From: an uncultured Candidatus Saccharibacteria bacterium
GTDB lineage: Bacteria; Patescibacteriota; Saccharimonadia; Saccharimonadales; Saccharimonadaceae
Assembly: GCA_938043965.1 (NCBI GenBank)
Contig: CALIQQ010000002.1
Span: forward strand, 82,321-146,320
DNA length: 64,000 nt
Direction: 5' to 3'
In this document: one piece after another, positions 29,421 to 39,265 of the stretch
Position numbering within the stretch: position 1 is the stretch's first letter
Layout: every line of letters starts with the position of its first letter
The notes under the pieces: generated by a model
Database searches by the model: none
What the model saw: only the letters and a program-made list of their open reading frames with translations
What the model was told of the DNA's origin: nothing
Position numbers and translations under genes: made by a program

Positions 29421-29603
29421 AGTCTGTAGGATCTCTAAGAAAGACTCTGCGACGACCATTAACAAGCCGAATCATCTCAGGTACAAACCGTACCTGTTGA
29501 TATAAATATATGTTGGTTTAACGCCCCGTCCTTGGGGATTCCGAAAGGATTCTAAAGAGGCGTGGTGAACCTCTTTGGAAAATGTCGCAGGGGAAAACTC
29601 CCC
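29421..29603 (+). ncRNA. candidate structured 5' leader RNA
   Basis: ~210-nt UTR with closing helix ctgcgac/gtcgcag and several internal hairpins; family not recognised. Confidence 0.4.
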
Positions 29604-29630
29604 AAAACAAAAATTTAAGGAGGTTCAATT

Positions 29631-30293
29631 ATGGTAGATTTTACATTTTTATTTTTCATGATAATAATTAGTGTACTGTCTGTTTACTCAGGATTCGAGT
29701 TTGCGAATGCCCTAGAAGAGACGTCCGCAAATAATGTGTCGAAAAGAGGTCGAGGTCGAATCCTCGACCTCGGAGTAACCGGAAGAATTATTTTTTCTGT
29801 GTTATTCGTTGCAGTAATGCTCGCGTTATCACATCTGTCAAAAAGCATAGAGTTGCTAAACATAGTAACAAGATGTATCTTGGTTTTTCTAGTTGTCCTT
29901 AATATATTTTTAAGGATCAACGGAGTCCGTGCATTTAAAGTTTTTGTTGCTCTTTGGTTAGGAAATTTAATTTCCGCTTTGAAGGAAACAGGGTTTACAA
30001 TTGATCAGAAAAATGCGCAGCTGTTCATTCTAATTCAGCTTGTAGCATTTGTTTTACTATTCCTAGGAACGGCACTCGGCAATCTTATTTGTTTCTATAG
30101 AAATATTGAGGCCGAACCTGAGTCTAAAAAAGAAGACGAAGGTAGCAATGAAGAGGAAGGTACTGAATCTGACTCTGAAAATGACTCTAATTTTTTAGTC
30201 ACAGATAAGTTCATCAAGTGGTTAAAAAGTAACTGGGAAATCTTAATCATATTGGCTGCTGCAATAACAGCAATCATTATGGTTACACGATAA
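29631..30293 (+). CDS. hypothetical multi-pass membrane protein
   Basis: About 6 hydrophobic segments and an acidic loop; SD aaggagg. Confidence 0.8.
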   Translation: MVDFTFLFFMIIISVLSVYSGFEFANALEETSANNVSKRGRGRILDLGVTGRIIFSVLFVAVMLALSHLSKSIELLNIVTRCILVFLVVLNIFLRINGVRAFKVFVALWLGNLISALKETGFTIDQKNAQLFILIQLVAFVLLFLGTALGNLICFYRNIEAEPESKKEDEGSNEEEGTESDSENDSNFLVTDKFIKWLKSNWEILIILAAAITAIIMVTR

Positions 30294-30307
30294 TAGGGGG
30301 TTAAAAT

Positions 30308-31873
30308 ATGAGAAATAGAGTTATACGCTTCTTTGCAGTGTTGCTCATCGCAGCGCTAGCAGTAGTTTCAGTTATATACGTTCGCGAAAAATGGTTCGCG
30401 AAGAGTGCTGATCCTACCACTGTTACTGTTAACAAGGACAAGGTTGACAGTCTTAATGAGCTTAAGCTCAAGCTGACTGTTGATCTGGACCAGGAAACTT
30501 TAGACAAGATGTTTTTGACCTTCTCTAGAGTTTTTCTCGACAGCTCAATGCCAAATAAAAATGGCAAAAGAACTGTCGCAGCCAGCAAAGTTGGCTGGGG
30601 CAAGAAGGGCGATCGTCTATACGACGCCGTTTCCTTTCCATTCAAAGTAGTAAAAGCCAATAAGAAAGCCTATGACAAGGCTGACTTAGAGGCGATGTAC
30701 GTTGAACTTCAGGAGGAAATCATGCGAAACCCAGTAATGGGTGACATGATTCTCCGGGGGATGAAAGAACTATCTTTGTCCGACGGTACTAAGGTCTACG
30801 ACCTGAATGCCACTTGGGCAAAAGATTTTTTAAAGCTCTATTCTCAGTATGGTTGCGGTGCGTTTTTAACGTACCACACGAAGTACTGGGAGAAAAATGG
30901 CTTCGAACTTCCTCATGACGGGGAAGATGTAGAAGCCTGGAAACAGTCACATCCAAATGCACCGTCTTACAACGCTGAAGATTTAAACCTAGTTGGTGGC
31001 AGTAAAACTCCGAAACTTTTCGTGACGGAGTATTACGCTAACACTGCCAAGCGTATTTTGGCTTGGCTCGAGCGTACAACGCTCGAAGGAGTTAGGAGCT
31101 ACAATACTACCAAGCATTTTCCGCTGAAAAATGTGGAAGATGCGAACAGGGTGAGGACTTACCTGAATAAAAATAAGTCCTATGTGGACAATGAGCCAGC
31201 GCTGACCTTCAGCGTGAAGCTCAAAGACAAAAAGGAGTTTCTTTTTGGCTTCAATATCTATGACAAGAGGTTCGAAATTTTCGAACCTCAGAAGCAGATA
31301 AAGAAGACAAAAAGTAAGGATAAGGAGCCTGTTCCGGACAAGAAAAAACGGAAGAAGGATATTCCTGATCCAGATCCGGTCCCTAAGGATGATCCGGTGC
31401 CAAATCCGGACAGAGTTCCAAAACCGGATCCAACTCCAACACCAACACCTAATCCAACCCCAACACCTACACCTACACCTAATCCAACCCCAACCCCTAC
31501 TCCTGGACCAAAGGATCCTAGTAAGGACCCTGTCCATAAGGGAAATGCAGATAGGGGCGGTGGCGAAGGAAAGGGCGTCACACCGGTTAACCCGGTTAAT
31601 GATCCGTCCGTGAGCGATATGCAGAATGCTAACGGCGGTGAAGATAGAAATCAGGGTCATTCGGACCCTAGGACCGTAACACCAACGGCACCTGAAACCA
31701 TAAAAGATTCAGGTAATAAAAATGGAAGGGTCGATAAAATCGACCAAAATAAACTAAATTACGGTGAGGAAAAACATCAACAGCAGGATTCCGTCACGGA
31801 TAAAAGTAACGGTAAAGTTACTGCTCCGGACAAGGAGCCTGCAGGCGGTGAGTTTTCCGAGCCTGGACTATAA
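30308..31873 (+). CDS. membrane-anchored/secreted protein with Pro-Asp/Pro-Thr linker
   Basis: N-terminal hydrophobic segment; (PT)n/(PD)n repeat at ~31362-31510. Confidence 0.85.
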   Translation: MRNRVIRFFAVLLIAALAVVSVIYVREKWFAKSADPTTVTVNKDKVDSLNELKLKLTVDLDQETLDKMFLTFSRVFLDSSMPNKNGKRTVAASKVGWGKKGDRLYDAVSFPFKVVKANKKAYDKADLEAMYVELQEEIMRNPVMGDMILRGMKELSLSDGTKVYDLNATWAKDFLKLYSQYGCGAFLTYHTKYWEKNGFELPHDGEDVEAWKQSHPNAPSYNAEDLNLVGGSKTPKLFVTEYYANTAKRILAWLERTTLEGVRSYNTTKHFPLKNVEDANRVRTYLNKNKSYVDNEPALTFSVKLKDKKEFLFGFNIYDKRFEIFEPQKQIKKTKSKDKEPVPDKKKRKKDIPDPDPVPKDDPVPNPDRVPKPDPTPTPTPNPTPTPTPTPNPTPTPTPGPKDPSKDPVHKGNADRGGGEGKGVTPVNPVNDPSVSDMQNANGGEDRNQGHSDPRTVTPTAPETIKDSGNKNGRVDKIDQNKLNYGEEKHQQQDSVTDKSNGKVTAPDKEPAGGEFSEPGL

Positions 31874-31900
31874 ATACCAACATATATTATAAGCACTTTT

Positions 31901-31926
31901 TTGGAGGAGCCTCACCGCTCCTCCAA
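31901..31926. terminator. hairpin, probable terminator
   Basis: ttggaggagc-ctcacc-gctcctccaa perfect 10-bp stem. Confidence 0.55.
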
Positions 31927-32046
31927 CTTCCAAAACTTTTGTATTTGAGATGATTCGGTTTTGTGTGGTGAAGACGAAAATTAACAATTCGGCTAGCAAA
32001 ACAAAACTTATTTTTAATTCTAACTAAAATTAAGAAAGGAGCTTTT

Positions 32047-33402
32047 ATGAAAAAAGCTATTAAAATTGCTGCGATTTCAACTGCTGTTGTTGCTGCTGGT
32101 GCAGTCTCAACCGCTGTCGTCTCCGCTTGGGGTGATAACTCTGGTGGACGCAGAACCTACACTGTTAATGAACTTAACAGCAACATTCTTGGTGACAAGA
32201 TTATCTTTAACTCGATTAAAGATGAAACCATGCCAAATGGCAACATTAAAGACGAACGCAACTTCGTCGCTGCTCGTGATGCCGCAACCGGCGATAACGG
32301 CGTGAATAATGTTTGGCAAAACAATGAAATTAAGGTCGAAGAAGGTAAAACTTATCTCGTTCGTCTTTATGCTCACAACAATAACCCAAATGGTCGTAAC
32401 GCAGTTGCGAAAGATGTTAGTGTTAACTTTAGCCTCGGCACCGTAGTTTCAACCGAACAACGTGTCGATGGTTATATTAACGCTTCTAACGCTGCTCCAT
32501 CCAAATACTGGGATGACGTGGTGTTTAAGTCAGCTGATGGACGTAAATTCTATCTTGACTATGTGGAAGGTTCCGCCCTTCTCGAAAATAACGGCGTTGC
32601 TAAAAAACCAGGTATCGCACTTGCTGACTCAGTCGTCACTACTGGCGCTAAGATCGGTTATGATGCCTTGAACGGTGAAGTTCCAGGTTGTTTTGAATAC
32701 GCAAACTACATCACTATTAAAGTGAAACCAGTTTTCGAAAATACTTCAATTGAAAAAACTGTTCGCAAAATGGATGACAAAAAGTTCAGCGAAAACGTCA
32801 AAGCTAATGTTGGCGAAACTGTTGAATATCAAATTCACTACAAAAACCTTACTGCTTCTGAAGTAAAAGACGTAATTATTAAAGATTCTCTTCCAACTAA
32901 CATGGAGCTCGTTAAAGGTTCAACTCGACTTTATAACACCAACCACCCACAGGGTGCTACTGTAAATAATGACTCAATCATTACTGACGGTATTAACATT
33001 GGTGCATATAAAGTTAACGGTAGTGCTTACATTCGTTTCCAAGCTGTCGTTAAAGACAAAGAGCTTGCTTGTGGTAACAACCGCCTCATCAACTGGGCTA
33101 AGGCTGATACTTTAGTTGGTACTTCAACTAACGTTAAAGCATTCGCTGTCCAAGATAGCGCAGACGTCTATGTTGAGAAGAAATGTGCTGAACAACCAAA
33201 GAAACACTCTTGTGATATTGAAAATGGTGTTTACTACGGCATTAAAGGTAACACTGTTGATGTAAATACTTACAAAGCTGAATGTGAAAAGAAGAGTATC
33301 CCAACTGCTGGTGCTACTGAAATCACAACTGGCGTAATCGGACTTGGTGGTGTTATTACCTCTGCCGGTTACCTCATTGCTAGCCGTAAAAAACTGCACT
33401 AA
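32047..33402 (+). CDS. secreted surface protein with DUF11-like Ig domain and PxTG-like C-terminal anchor
   Basis: Signal peptide ..VVSA/W; KTV..ANVGETVEYQIHYKN..DVIIKDSLP..GST; IPTAG + TM + RKK. Confidence 0.85.
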   Translation: MKKAIKIAAISTAVVAAGAVSTAVVSAWGDNSGGRRTYTVNELNSNILGDKIIFNSIKDETMPNGNIKDERNFVAARDAATGDNGVNNVWQNNEIKVEEGKTYLVRLYAHNNNPNGRNAVAKDVSVNFSLGTVVSTEQRVDGYINASNAAPSKYWDDVVFKSADGRKFYLDYVEGSALLENNGVAKKPGIALADSVVTTGAKIGYDALNGEVPGCFEYANYITIKVKPVFENTSIEKTVRKMDDKKFSENVKANVGETVEYQIHYKNLTASEVKDVIIKDSLPTNMELVKGSTRLYNTNHPQGATVNNDSIITDGINIGAYKVNGSAYIRFQAVVKDKELACGNNRLINWAKADTLVGTSTNVKAFAVQDSADVYVEKKCAEQPKKHSCDIENGVYYGIKGNTVDVNTYKAECEKKSIPTAGATEITTGVIGLGGVITSAGYLIASRKKLH

Positions 33403-33507
33403 ATGACCGCTCTCGGAGCCTAGCTCCGCGGAAGGTCATTGACCTGCCGTTCGTGTAGAGATACACTTAGCCGAATTGGCAATAGGCTTAAGCAAAAGCT
33501 GTAGTCT
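33402..33507 (+). ncRNA. candidate structured RNA in 3' UTR
   Basis: Nested perfect stems, GAGA tetraloop hairpin, possible pseudoknot; family not recognised. Confidence 0.35.
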
Positions 33508-33510
33508 CAT

Positions 33511-33544
33511 AAAACATCCTCTGAGTAATCGGAGGATGTTTTTT
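33511..33544 (+). terminator. intrinsic terminator
   Basis: aaaacatcctctga-gtaa-tcggaggatgtttttt. Confidence 0.85.
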
Positions 33545-33640
33545 GTGGTCTCCGATATTTTTTAAAAGGTATATTTCACTAGACTTTTAAGCTATGATTT
33601 GGTGTTGTTTTTTAAATGCTTATGCTATAATTAAAAGAAC

Positions 33641-34741
33641 ATGGGTCCTGATGAAAATAAAAATAATTTTAATGGTGGCGCAAACTTAAGCCCATCTAAT
33701 TCCATGGCCCCGAATTCGACCCCTATTTTAACCACTACTTCAACGCCATCTCAAAGTTCTGCGTTGAATCCAGCTTTAGACCCTACCCCGAATCCACGCG
33801 CTCAATTTACTGCTGGTAACCGTCTCGGTATGCGCCAATCTCGCAAATTTTCTGCAAGGGAAGAACTAAATCGCATCAGTAATGATTTGAATCTAAACTC
33901 GGCTAATGCTGCTCCAACTGGAGCTAATAATGTTGCATTTAGCGGCGCTGCACTTGGTGGCGTGAAGCCGAAAACTGGCTCAACTAAAAAACCGCTCATT
34001 TTTGCGTTAATCGGGATCACCGTAGTGGCTGCAATCGGACTGGCTTTTGCACTCACTATTATGGGTAAGGATTCAGATAGAAGTAATTCAGAAAAACGCG
34101 AGTTATTTTCCGCATTTAATAGTTACGTCAGTTACTACTTAGGTAATGAAGTAGATTTCTCAAAAAACTATACGGTGTCTGATATTTATAATGTAGATAA
34201 TGCCATAAAAAATAATGACCATGAATTCTTTGAAACGGCCGAGAAAAAATTTAAATCTTTAGTGGATTCCACTAATAATGTGCCCAGTGAAATTTTAAAG
34301 AAACAAATCGACCAATACAAGAAGATTTTTGATTTCGCCTATGGTTATGGCACGTCCGTAATCCCAACTGAAAAAGCTATTTTTCAAAAATACAACGAAG
34401 TAGGTAAAGATGGTACTATTAGTTATATAAAAAATTCTTATGCTAAGATTCTTAATGTGGATTTTCAGGACTCCAATGAGTCCGTATTGTCTGAAATAAA
34501 TTACTATACTGAACTTGTAAGTTTTTACGATCTTTATAAAATCAATGGATGTAATTCACTCAGCGATATTAACAATGACAAGTGCTTAGCCAGTAAAATT
34601 GGTCGCAAACCATTAGTTGATTTAGCTAATTCGATTGCTCAGAAAAATAAGAAACGAACTAATTTATTGAAATACGTTGGATATTCTAAGGAATCTCTTT
34701 GGGAGATAAATAATTTAATAAAGCAGGTAGGATATGAATAG
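33641..34741 (+). CDS. hypothetical single-pass membrane protein
   Basis: Disordered N-terminus, TM at aa ~118-140, helical C-terminal part; overlaps next gene. Confidence 0.8.
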   Translation: MGPDENKNNFNGGANLSPSNSMAPNSTPILTTTSTPSQSSALNPALDPTPNPRAQFTAGNRLGMRQSRKFSAREELNRISNDLNLNSANAAPTGANNVAFSGAALGGVKPKTGSTKKPLIFALIGITVVAAIGLAFALTIMGKDSDRSNSEKRELFSAFNSYVSYYLGNEVDFSKNYTVSDIYNVDNAIKNNDHEFFETAEKKFKSLVDSTNNVPSEILKKQIDQYKKIFDFAYGYGTSVIPTEKAIFQKYNEVGKDGTISYIKNSYAKILNVDFQDSNESVLSEINYYTELVSFYDLYKINGCNSLSDINNDKCLASKIGRKPLVDLANSIAQKNKKRTNLLKYVGYSKESLWEINNLIKQVGYE

Positions 34742-37700
34742 GATTAAAAAAATAAGCACAATTATACTTTCATTAATCTGCTTAACTATTTCGAATGTTT
34801 TTTTGTATAGTCATAAGGTTAATGCTTATTCTGAAAACAGTGAAGCTTGGATGAAATCCATAGGAACGGCAATTAGGAATTGTTATGCTCAAGGTATTAT
34901 GAAGAGCCCCCTTACGATGGAGGACTATGACTTTAATGAAAATGCATTAAATTTTGGCAGCGATTGGGCAAGGGTTCCAAATTTAAATGGAAATGACCGT
35001 AGCATTGAATGTTATAACTTACTTAAGAAATATATTAAAGATTGGCCTAAGGGCAGTCCGGATGTTAAATCCAATTTTTTGGTAAATAATTTAGGCTATA
35101 CTAAAACAAACAAACAAACCACAGGAGAATGTTTTTACTTTAGGTACAACTATGCTATGGGTAACGAGGATAAGCCGGACTATTATATTCCTAACGTTCC
35201 AACTGATTATGTATGTGCTGATACCATTAACCCCGACGGAACCATAGGCGTTGATGAACTAAGAATTCAGTATACGGATCATGAGTATGGTGGGGGTAGC
35301 TTTAATTTACAATGGGAGAGTAACGAAGGAAGCTTAGCGGCTGATTGTAGGGTGCAATGGCTTGGTGGAGTTACTGACGTTGTCAAGTTTCAGAAAAACA
35401 AGACTCGCTGGGCTGATTTTAAAGGCAGCGTGGTCGACCTGCTTTTAAACTCACCTAGCTGCGTCAAGGATCGCCACTCGTGGTTGCTAGACGGATATAC
35501 AATGTATTTGCAGGAAAATTTTATTGGGACAGAACTCCTTGGAGACGTCGCTTCTGTTTTTGAAATCAAAGATAAATCCGTGGCTGCGTCCAAGGCAACT
35601 AAGTCAATCTTAGGCGTAGCATACTCAGCTAACCCTGTTTTTTCGGCTACGGACACTTTTTCCTTATATCAGGCTTACGTATCCGAATACTATAAGGCGG
35701 ATATCGTCTGCAGCACTAAGGAAAAACCAATGACCGACAATGAGAAGACTGCTAAAAAGACGCTGGGGTATTACCCTATCGCAGTCTTCAGTAATGGTGC
35801 TATGCAGACTGATTGTTATGCTAGTGCAACGGAAAATTCTGGAACCCCATCCACTGGAGCTGAATCTGGCAAATATGGCGAGGATAGGACTTTTGAAGAG
35901 ATCTGTGCTTGGTTGGCAAAAAATCATAAAAACATTAACACTGGAGCTTTAGAGTCTGTTGCTACTAAGGATAAAGATGCGTCTGGAACCTTAGAAAATA
36001 ATGCTGAAGACGCGCAAAAAACTGAAGCTGAGTTGATCCAGGAGGGGTGTTTTAGAAATGCTGGTTCGATGGGGTGGATTATTTGTCCAGCTATCTTTGG
36101 CCTACGTAATGTCGGCGACAGCATCTATAAAGCTATTGAGCCAATGCTGCAAGTAGATGACAGTATTGTTGAACAGCTCGGCAAGCAAAACAGCTCGCTC
36201 TTTGATGCTTGGAGCACCTTCCGTAATTTTGCTAACATTGTTTTCGTCGTTCTCTTCTTGGTAATCATATTCTCTCAGGTGACTGGCTATGGTATTGATA
36301 ACTATGGTATTAAGAAGACTCTTCCTAAGCTAATTGTTACTGTGATTTTGGTTAACCTTTCGTTTATCCTCTGCGCTATTGCAGTTGATATTTCAAACAT
36401 TATCGGTTCCTCCATTAAAAGTCTTTTTGAGGGGCTTGGTGATAATAGTAAACTTGGCGGCAGTGCTGCTGAATCTAATAGTCATATTCTTGAAAAAATT
36501 TTCCACTACTTAGCGTTAGTAGCTGGGGCTGGCGGAGCTGGAGCTGCCGCATTTGCACTTACTGGCTGGGCTATTATTATTCCGATTCTACTCTTTGTCC
36601 TAACTACCGCAATTTCAATTCTATTTGCCTTTATTGTGCTCGGCATGCGCCAGGCCCTAATCATTGTGCTGATTGTATCTGCACCTATCGCCATTGTGCT
36701 TAGTGGTTTTCCAAATACTAAGACAATCTATAATAAATGGTTCGGTCTATTTAAAGGCGTTCTGATGGTATATCCAATTATCGGTTTACTGGTTGGTACC
36801 GGATATTTTACTGCAACGGTCATCTACTCTGGTGACGCTGAGGATAATAAAAATTTTATTATGGCTATCGTTGCCGGGCTTTTGTCGGTTATTCCATATT
36901 TTATGATCCCGTCACTCACCCGTAAATCGCTTGATGCTGTGGGGTCGCTTGGCACGAAAATCAATGGCTTTGGGAATAAACTTGGGCAAGGTGCAAAAGG
37001 TCGAATTAACAACTTACAGCCAATCAAGGATGTTAAGAGTAATTCCATTGCTTCTCGTGCTCGGGCTCGCGCTACCAAATTCATGACCAGTGATAAGGCT
37101 AGGGAAATTGAAAATGATATTAAGAATGGCAAAAAAGTGTCGCTGCGTCGGGCCAATAAATATGCTCGCGCTGCTGAATTGGCTAGTACTGATCGTAACG
37201 CCATTCTTGCTGCGCGTGTGGCGGAGAGTAAATATAATCGTTTGCAATCGGGCTCTGGCTTTAATGCTGCCCTTGCTAGTGCTGCTGACGCTGAGGATGC
37301 TACCGAAGTCAAGAACTACGAGACGCTTATTCGTAATGGTGAATTCATTGATAGTAACGGTGAGCGCGTTGAATATCAGAGTGCGGCTACTATCGAATCT
37401 GCGCTTCAGCAGGAGTTAATGAAAGACGAAGGCTCTGTTGATACTAAAAAGATCCGCGCGCTTCAAAATGTTCTTGCTAGTAAAGGTGATGATGGTAGGA
37501 ATAGGATTTACAATGCGATGAAGAATGCTCAGGAGAGTGGAAGTGTTTCGCAAAATGCAATCAAAGCCTTTTCTAGCAACATTATGAATAATCAAGGCGA
37601 TTACAAAAATCAGCATCGTTCGCTATATGAATTTGCTAAAGCAACTGCGGCCGATGGCTTTAATAATACCGATAAACATGACGGTAAGTCTGATATTTCC

Positions 37701-38195
37701 AGATTCCGCACGGATGGCATTCAGGCTCTTACTGCAGATAGCTTCCTTGGTGCAGACAGCAGTCAGATTGAAGCTTATCGTCAAGCTTATAAAAAGGGTG
37801 AGCTGTCCGCTGAGGACCGAGCTAAACTTGAGCAGGTCGCACACAGTATCGCTAATAACCGTGATGTCCATAGTAAAATCCGTACCGACGACTACGGCAA
37901 AGCTCTTAGCACTTTTGCCAAAGATGTGGACTGGAAGTCGGTCTATTCCGGCGATAGTCTCAAGGTTGATCATTCAGGTGACAACAACGGTGGCGGCAAT
38001 GGCGGCAACAACGGTGGCAATGGAGGCAATGGCGGCAACGGCGGCAACAACAATGGTGGTAATGGTGGCAATGGCGGACCTATCGGCGGCAACGGCGGTG
38101 GATCTGGCGGTAATGGCGGACCTAGCGGCGATGACAATAATGGTCCTCCAATCCCACCTGATGTGCCGCCTCCAGAATGGCGCAATCAACCTTAA
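34734..38195 (+). CDS. large polytopic membrane protein, CPR VirB6/TrbL-like
   Basis: GWIICP..WSTFRNFANIVF..IKKTLPKLIV..LVNLSF..DISNIIG core typical of CPR VirB6-like proteins; G/N-rich tail at 37976-38142. Confidence 0.7.
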   Translation: MNRIKKISTIILSLICLTISNVFLYSHKVNAYSENSEAWMKSIGTAIRNCYAQGIMKSPLTMEDYDFNENALNFGSDWARVPNLNGNDRSIECYNLLKKYIKDWPKGSPDVKSNFLVNNLGYTKTNKQTTGECFYFRYNYAMGNEDKPDYYIPNVPTDYVCADTINPDGTIGVDELRIQYTDHEYGGGSFNLQWESNEGSLAADCRVQWLGGVTDVVKFQKNKTRWADFKGSVVDLLLNSPSCVKDRHSWLLDGYTMYLQENFIGTELLGDVASVFEIKDKSVAASKATKSILGVAYSANPVFSATDTFSLYQAYVSEYYKADIVCSTKEKPMTDNEKTAKKTLGYYPIAVFSNGAMQTDCYASATENSGTPSTGAESGKYGEDRTFEEICAWLAKNHKNINTGALESVATKDKDASGTLENNAEDAQKTEAELIQEGCFRNAGSMGWIICPAIFGLRNVGDSIYKAIEPMLQVDDSIVEQLGKQNSSLFDAWSTFRNFANIVFVVLFLVIIFSQVTGYGIDNYGIKKTLPKLIVTVILVNLSFILCAIAVDISNIIGSSIKSLFEGLGDNSKLGGSAAESNSHILEKIFHYLALVAGAGGAGAAAFALTGWAIIIPILLFVLTTAISILFAFIVLGMRQALIIVLIVSAPIAIVLSGFPNTKTIYNKWFGLFKGVLMVYPIIGLLVGTGYFTATVIYSGDAEDNKNFIMAIVAGLLSVIPYFMIPSLTRKSLDAVGSLGTKINGFGNKLGQGAKGRINNLQPIKDVKSNSIASRARARATKFMTSDKAREIENDIKNGKKVSLRRANKYARAAELASTDRNAILAARVAESKYNRLQSGSGFNAALASAADAEDATEVKNYETLIRNGEFIDSNGERVEYQSAATIESALQQELMKDEGSVDTKKIRALQNVLASKGDDGRNRIYNAMKNAQESGSVSQNAIKAFSSNIMNNQGDYKNQHRSLYEFAKATAADGFNNTDKHDGKSDISRFRTDGIQALTADSFLGADSSQIEAYRQAYKKGELSAEDRAKLEQVAHSIANNRDVHSKIRTDDYGKALSTFAKDVDWKSVYSGDSLKVDHSGDNNGGGNGGNNGGNGGNGGNGGNNNGGNGGNGGPIGGNGGGSGGNGGPSGDDNNGPPIPPDVPPPEWRNQP

Positions 38196-38201
38196 ATATA
38201 T

Positions 38202-38229
38202 AAACCCCACGCTAACCTCGTGGGGTTTT
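38202..38229 (+). terminator. intrinsic terminator
   Basis: aaaccccacg-ctaacct-cgtggggtttt. Confidence 0.8.
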
Positions 38230-38256
38230 GCATAGAATTTATGCTATAATATATAT

Positions 38257-39264
38257 ATGAAAATTCGACAAAATGTTAAAATTTCTGACTTAGTTACGAT
38301 GCGGATTGGTGGCAATGCTAAATATGTTTTTGAACTTGAAACCGAAACAGATATTTTAGATGCTAGGGCAAAACTTAAAGAACTCGGGCTGAAGAACTAC
38401 TATTTTCTAGGTGGTGGTGCCAATACTTTTGCTACTGATGCTGAATTTGATGGCGCAATTATCTTAAATCGCTTCTCGAAAATCGACTATGAAGTGCTTG
38501 ATGAGTCTCATATTAAATTCATCGTTGGCGGTGGCACTAAATGGGATGACTTTGTCGATCAAACTACTGCGCTTGGTTGTACTGGCGTCGAATGTTTAGC
38601 TGGTATTCCGGGCACTGTTGGTGCCGCTCCAGTCCAAAACATTGGTGCCTACGGCCAGGAAGTAAAATCAGTTATTTCTAAGATTCATGTTGTCGATTTT
38701 TTGACTGGTGAACAAAAAACCTTTGAATTAAATGATTGCGACTTTTCTTATCGCCACTCTATTTTCAATTCAACTAAAGCTGGCCAATACTTCATTGTGA
38801 AAGTTGAATTTATTTTAGAAAAAGGTGAAATTTCCGGCGAGCTTTATGGCTCACTTCAAGCCTACCTGACTGAACAACATATCACTTCACGCGAGCCAAA
38901 AATTTTAGCTACTGCTGTGCGCACAGTAAGAGATTCAAAATTGCCTCATCCTGAAACCATAGCCAGTGCCGGCAGCTTCTTTAAAAATATCTATGTCAAA
39001 GAATCCGATCTAGCTATGCTTGACGAAAAAGGCATTCCTCATCACGGTACTAAAGTTAACACTGGCTGGCTGATTGAGCAGGCCGGGCTTAAAGGAAAAA
39101 TTTTTCATGGCTTTCGCATTTCTGATGCTGCCGCACTGGTTTTAATTAACGAAAGCGGCAAAAGCTACCATGACCTCGAGCTTGCTGTAGCTGAGATTTC
39201 GAGTATCGTTTTTGAAAAATTCGGCTTTACGCTCGAACAGGAACCGAATGTAATTGGATTATAA
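38257..39264 (+). CDS. murB: UDP-N-acetylenolpyruvoylglucosamine reductase
   Basis: TMRIGG, GIPGTVGAAPVQNIGAYG, FSYRHS, SAGSFFKN, LEQEP. Confidence 0.96.
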   Translation: MKIRQNVKISDLVTMRIGGNAKYVFELETETDILDARAKLKELGLKNYYFLGGGANTFATDAEFDGAIILNRFSKIDYEVLDESHIKFIVGGGTKWDDFVDQTTALGCTGVECLAGIPGTVGAAPVQNIGAYGQEVKSVISKIHVVDFLTGEQKTFELNDCDFSYRHSIFNSTKAGQYFIVKVEFILEKGEISGELYGSLQAYLTEQHITSREPKILATAVRTVRDSKLPHPETIASAGSFFKNIYVKESDLAMLDEKGIPHHGTKVNTGWLIEQAGLKGKIFHGFRISDAAALVLINESGKSYHDLELAVAEISSIVFEKFGFTLEQEPNVIGL

Positions 39265-39265
39265 T

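Noticed and set aside
33440..33507. Pistol, twister, hammerhead or tmRNA identity for the structured element
   Set aside because: The required conserved cores and tRNA-like ends could not be placed; left unassigned.
37976..38142. AAC/AAT-rich tract as a possible DGR template repeat
   Set aside because: It is an in-frame Gly/Asn low-complexity tail with none of the VR scaffold (tattggtcc, gggttctc).
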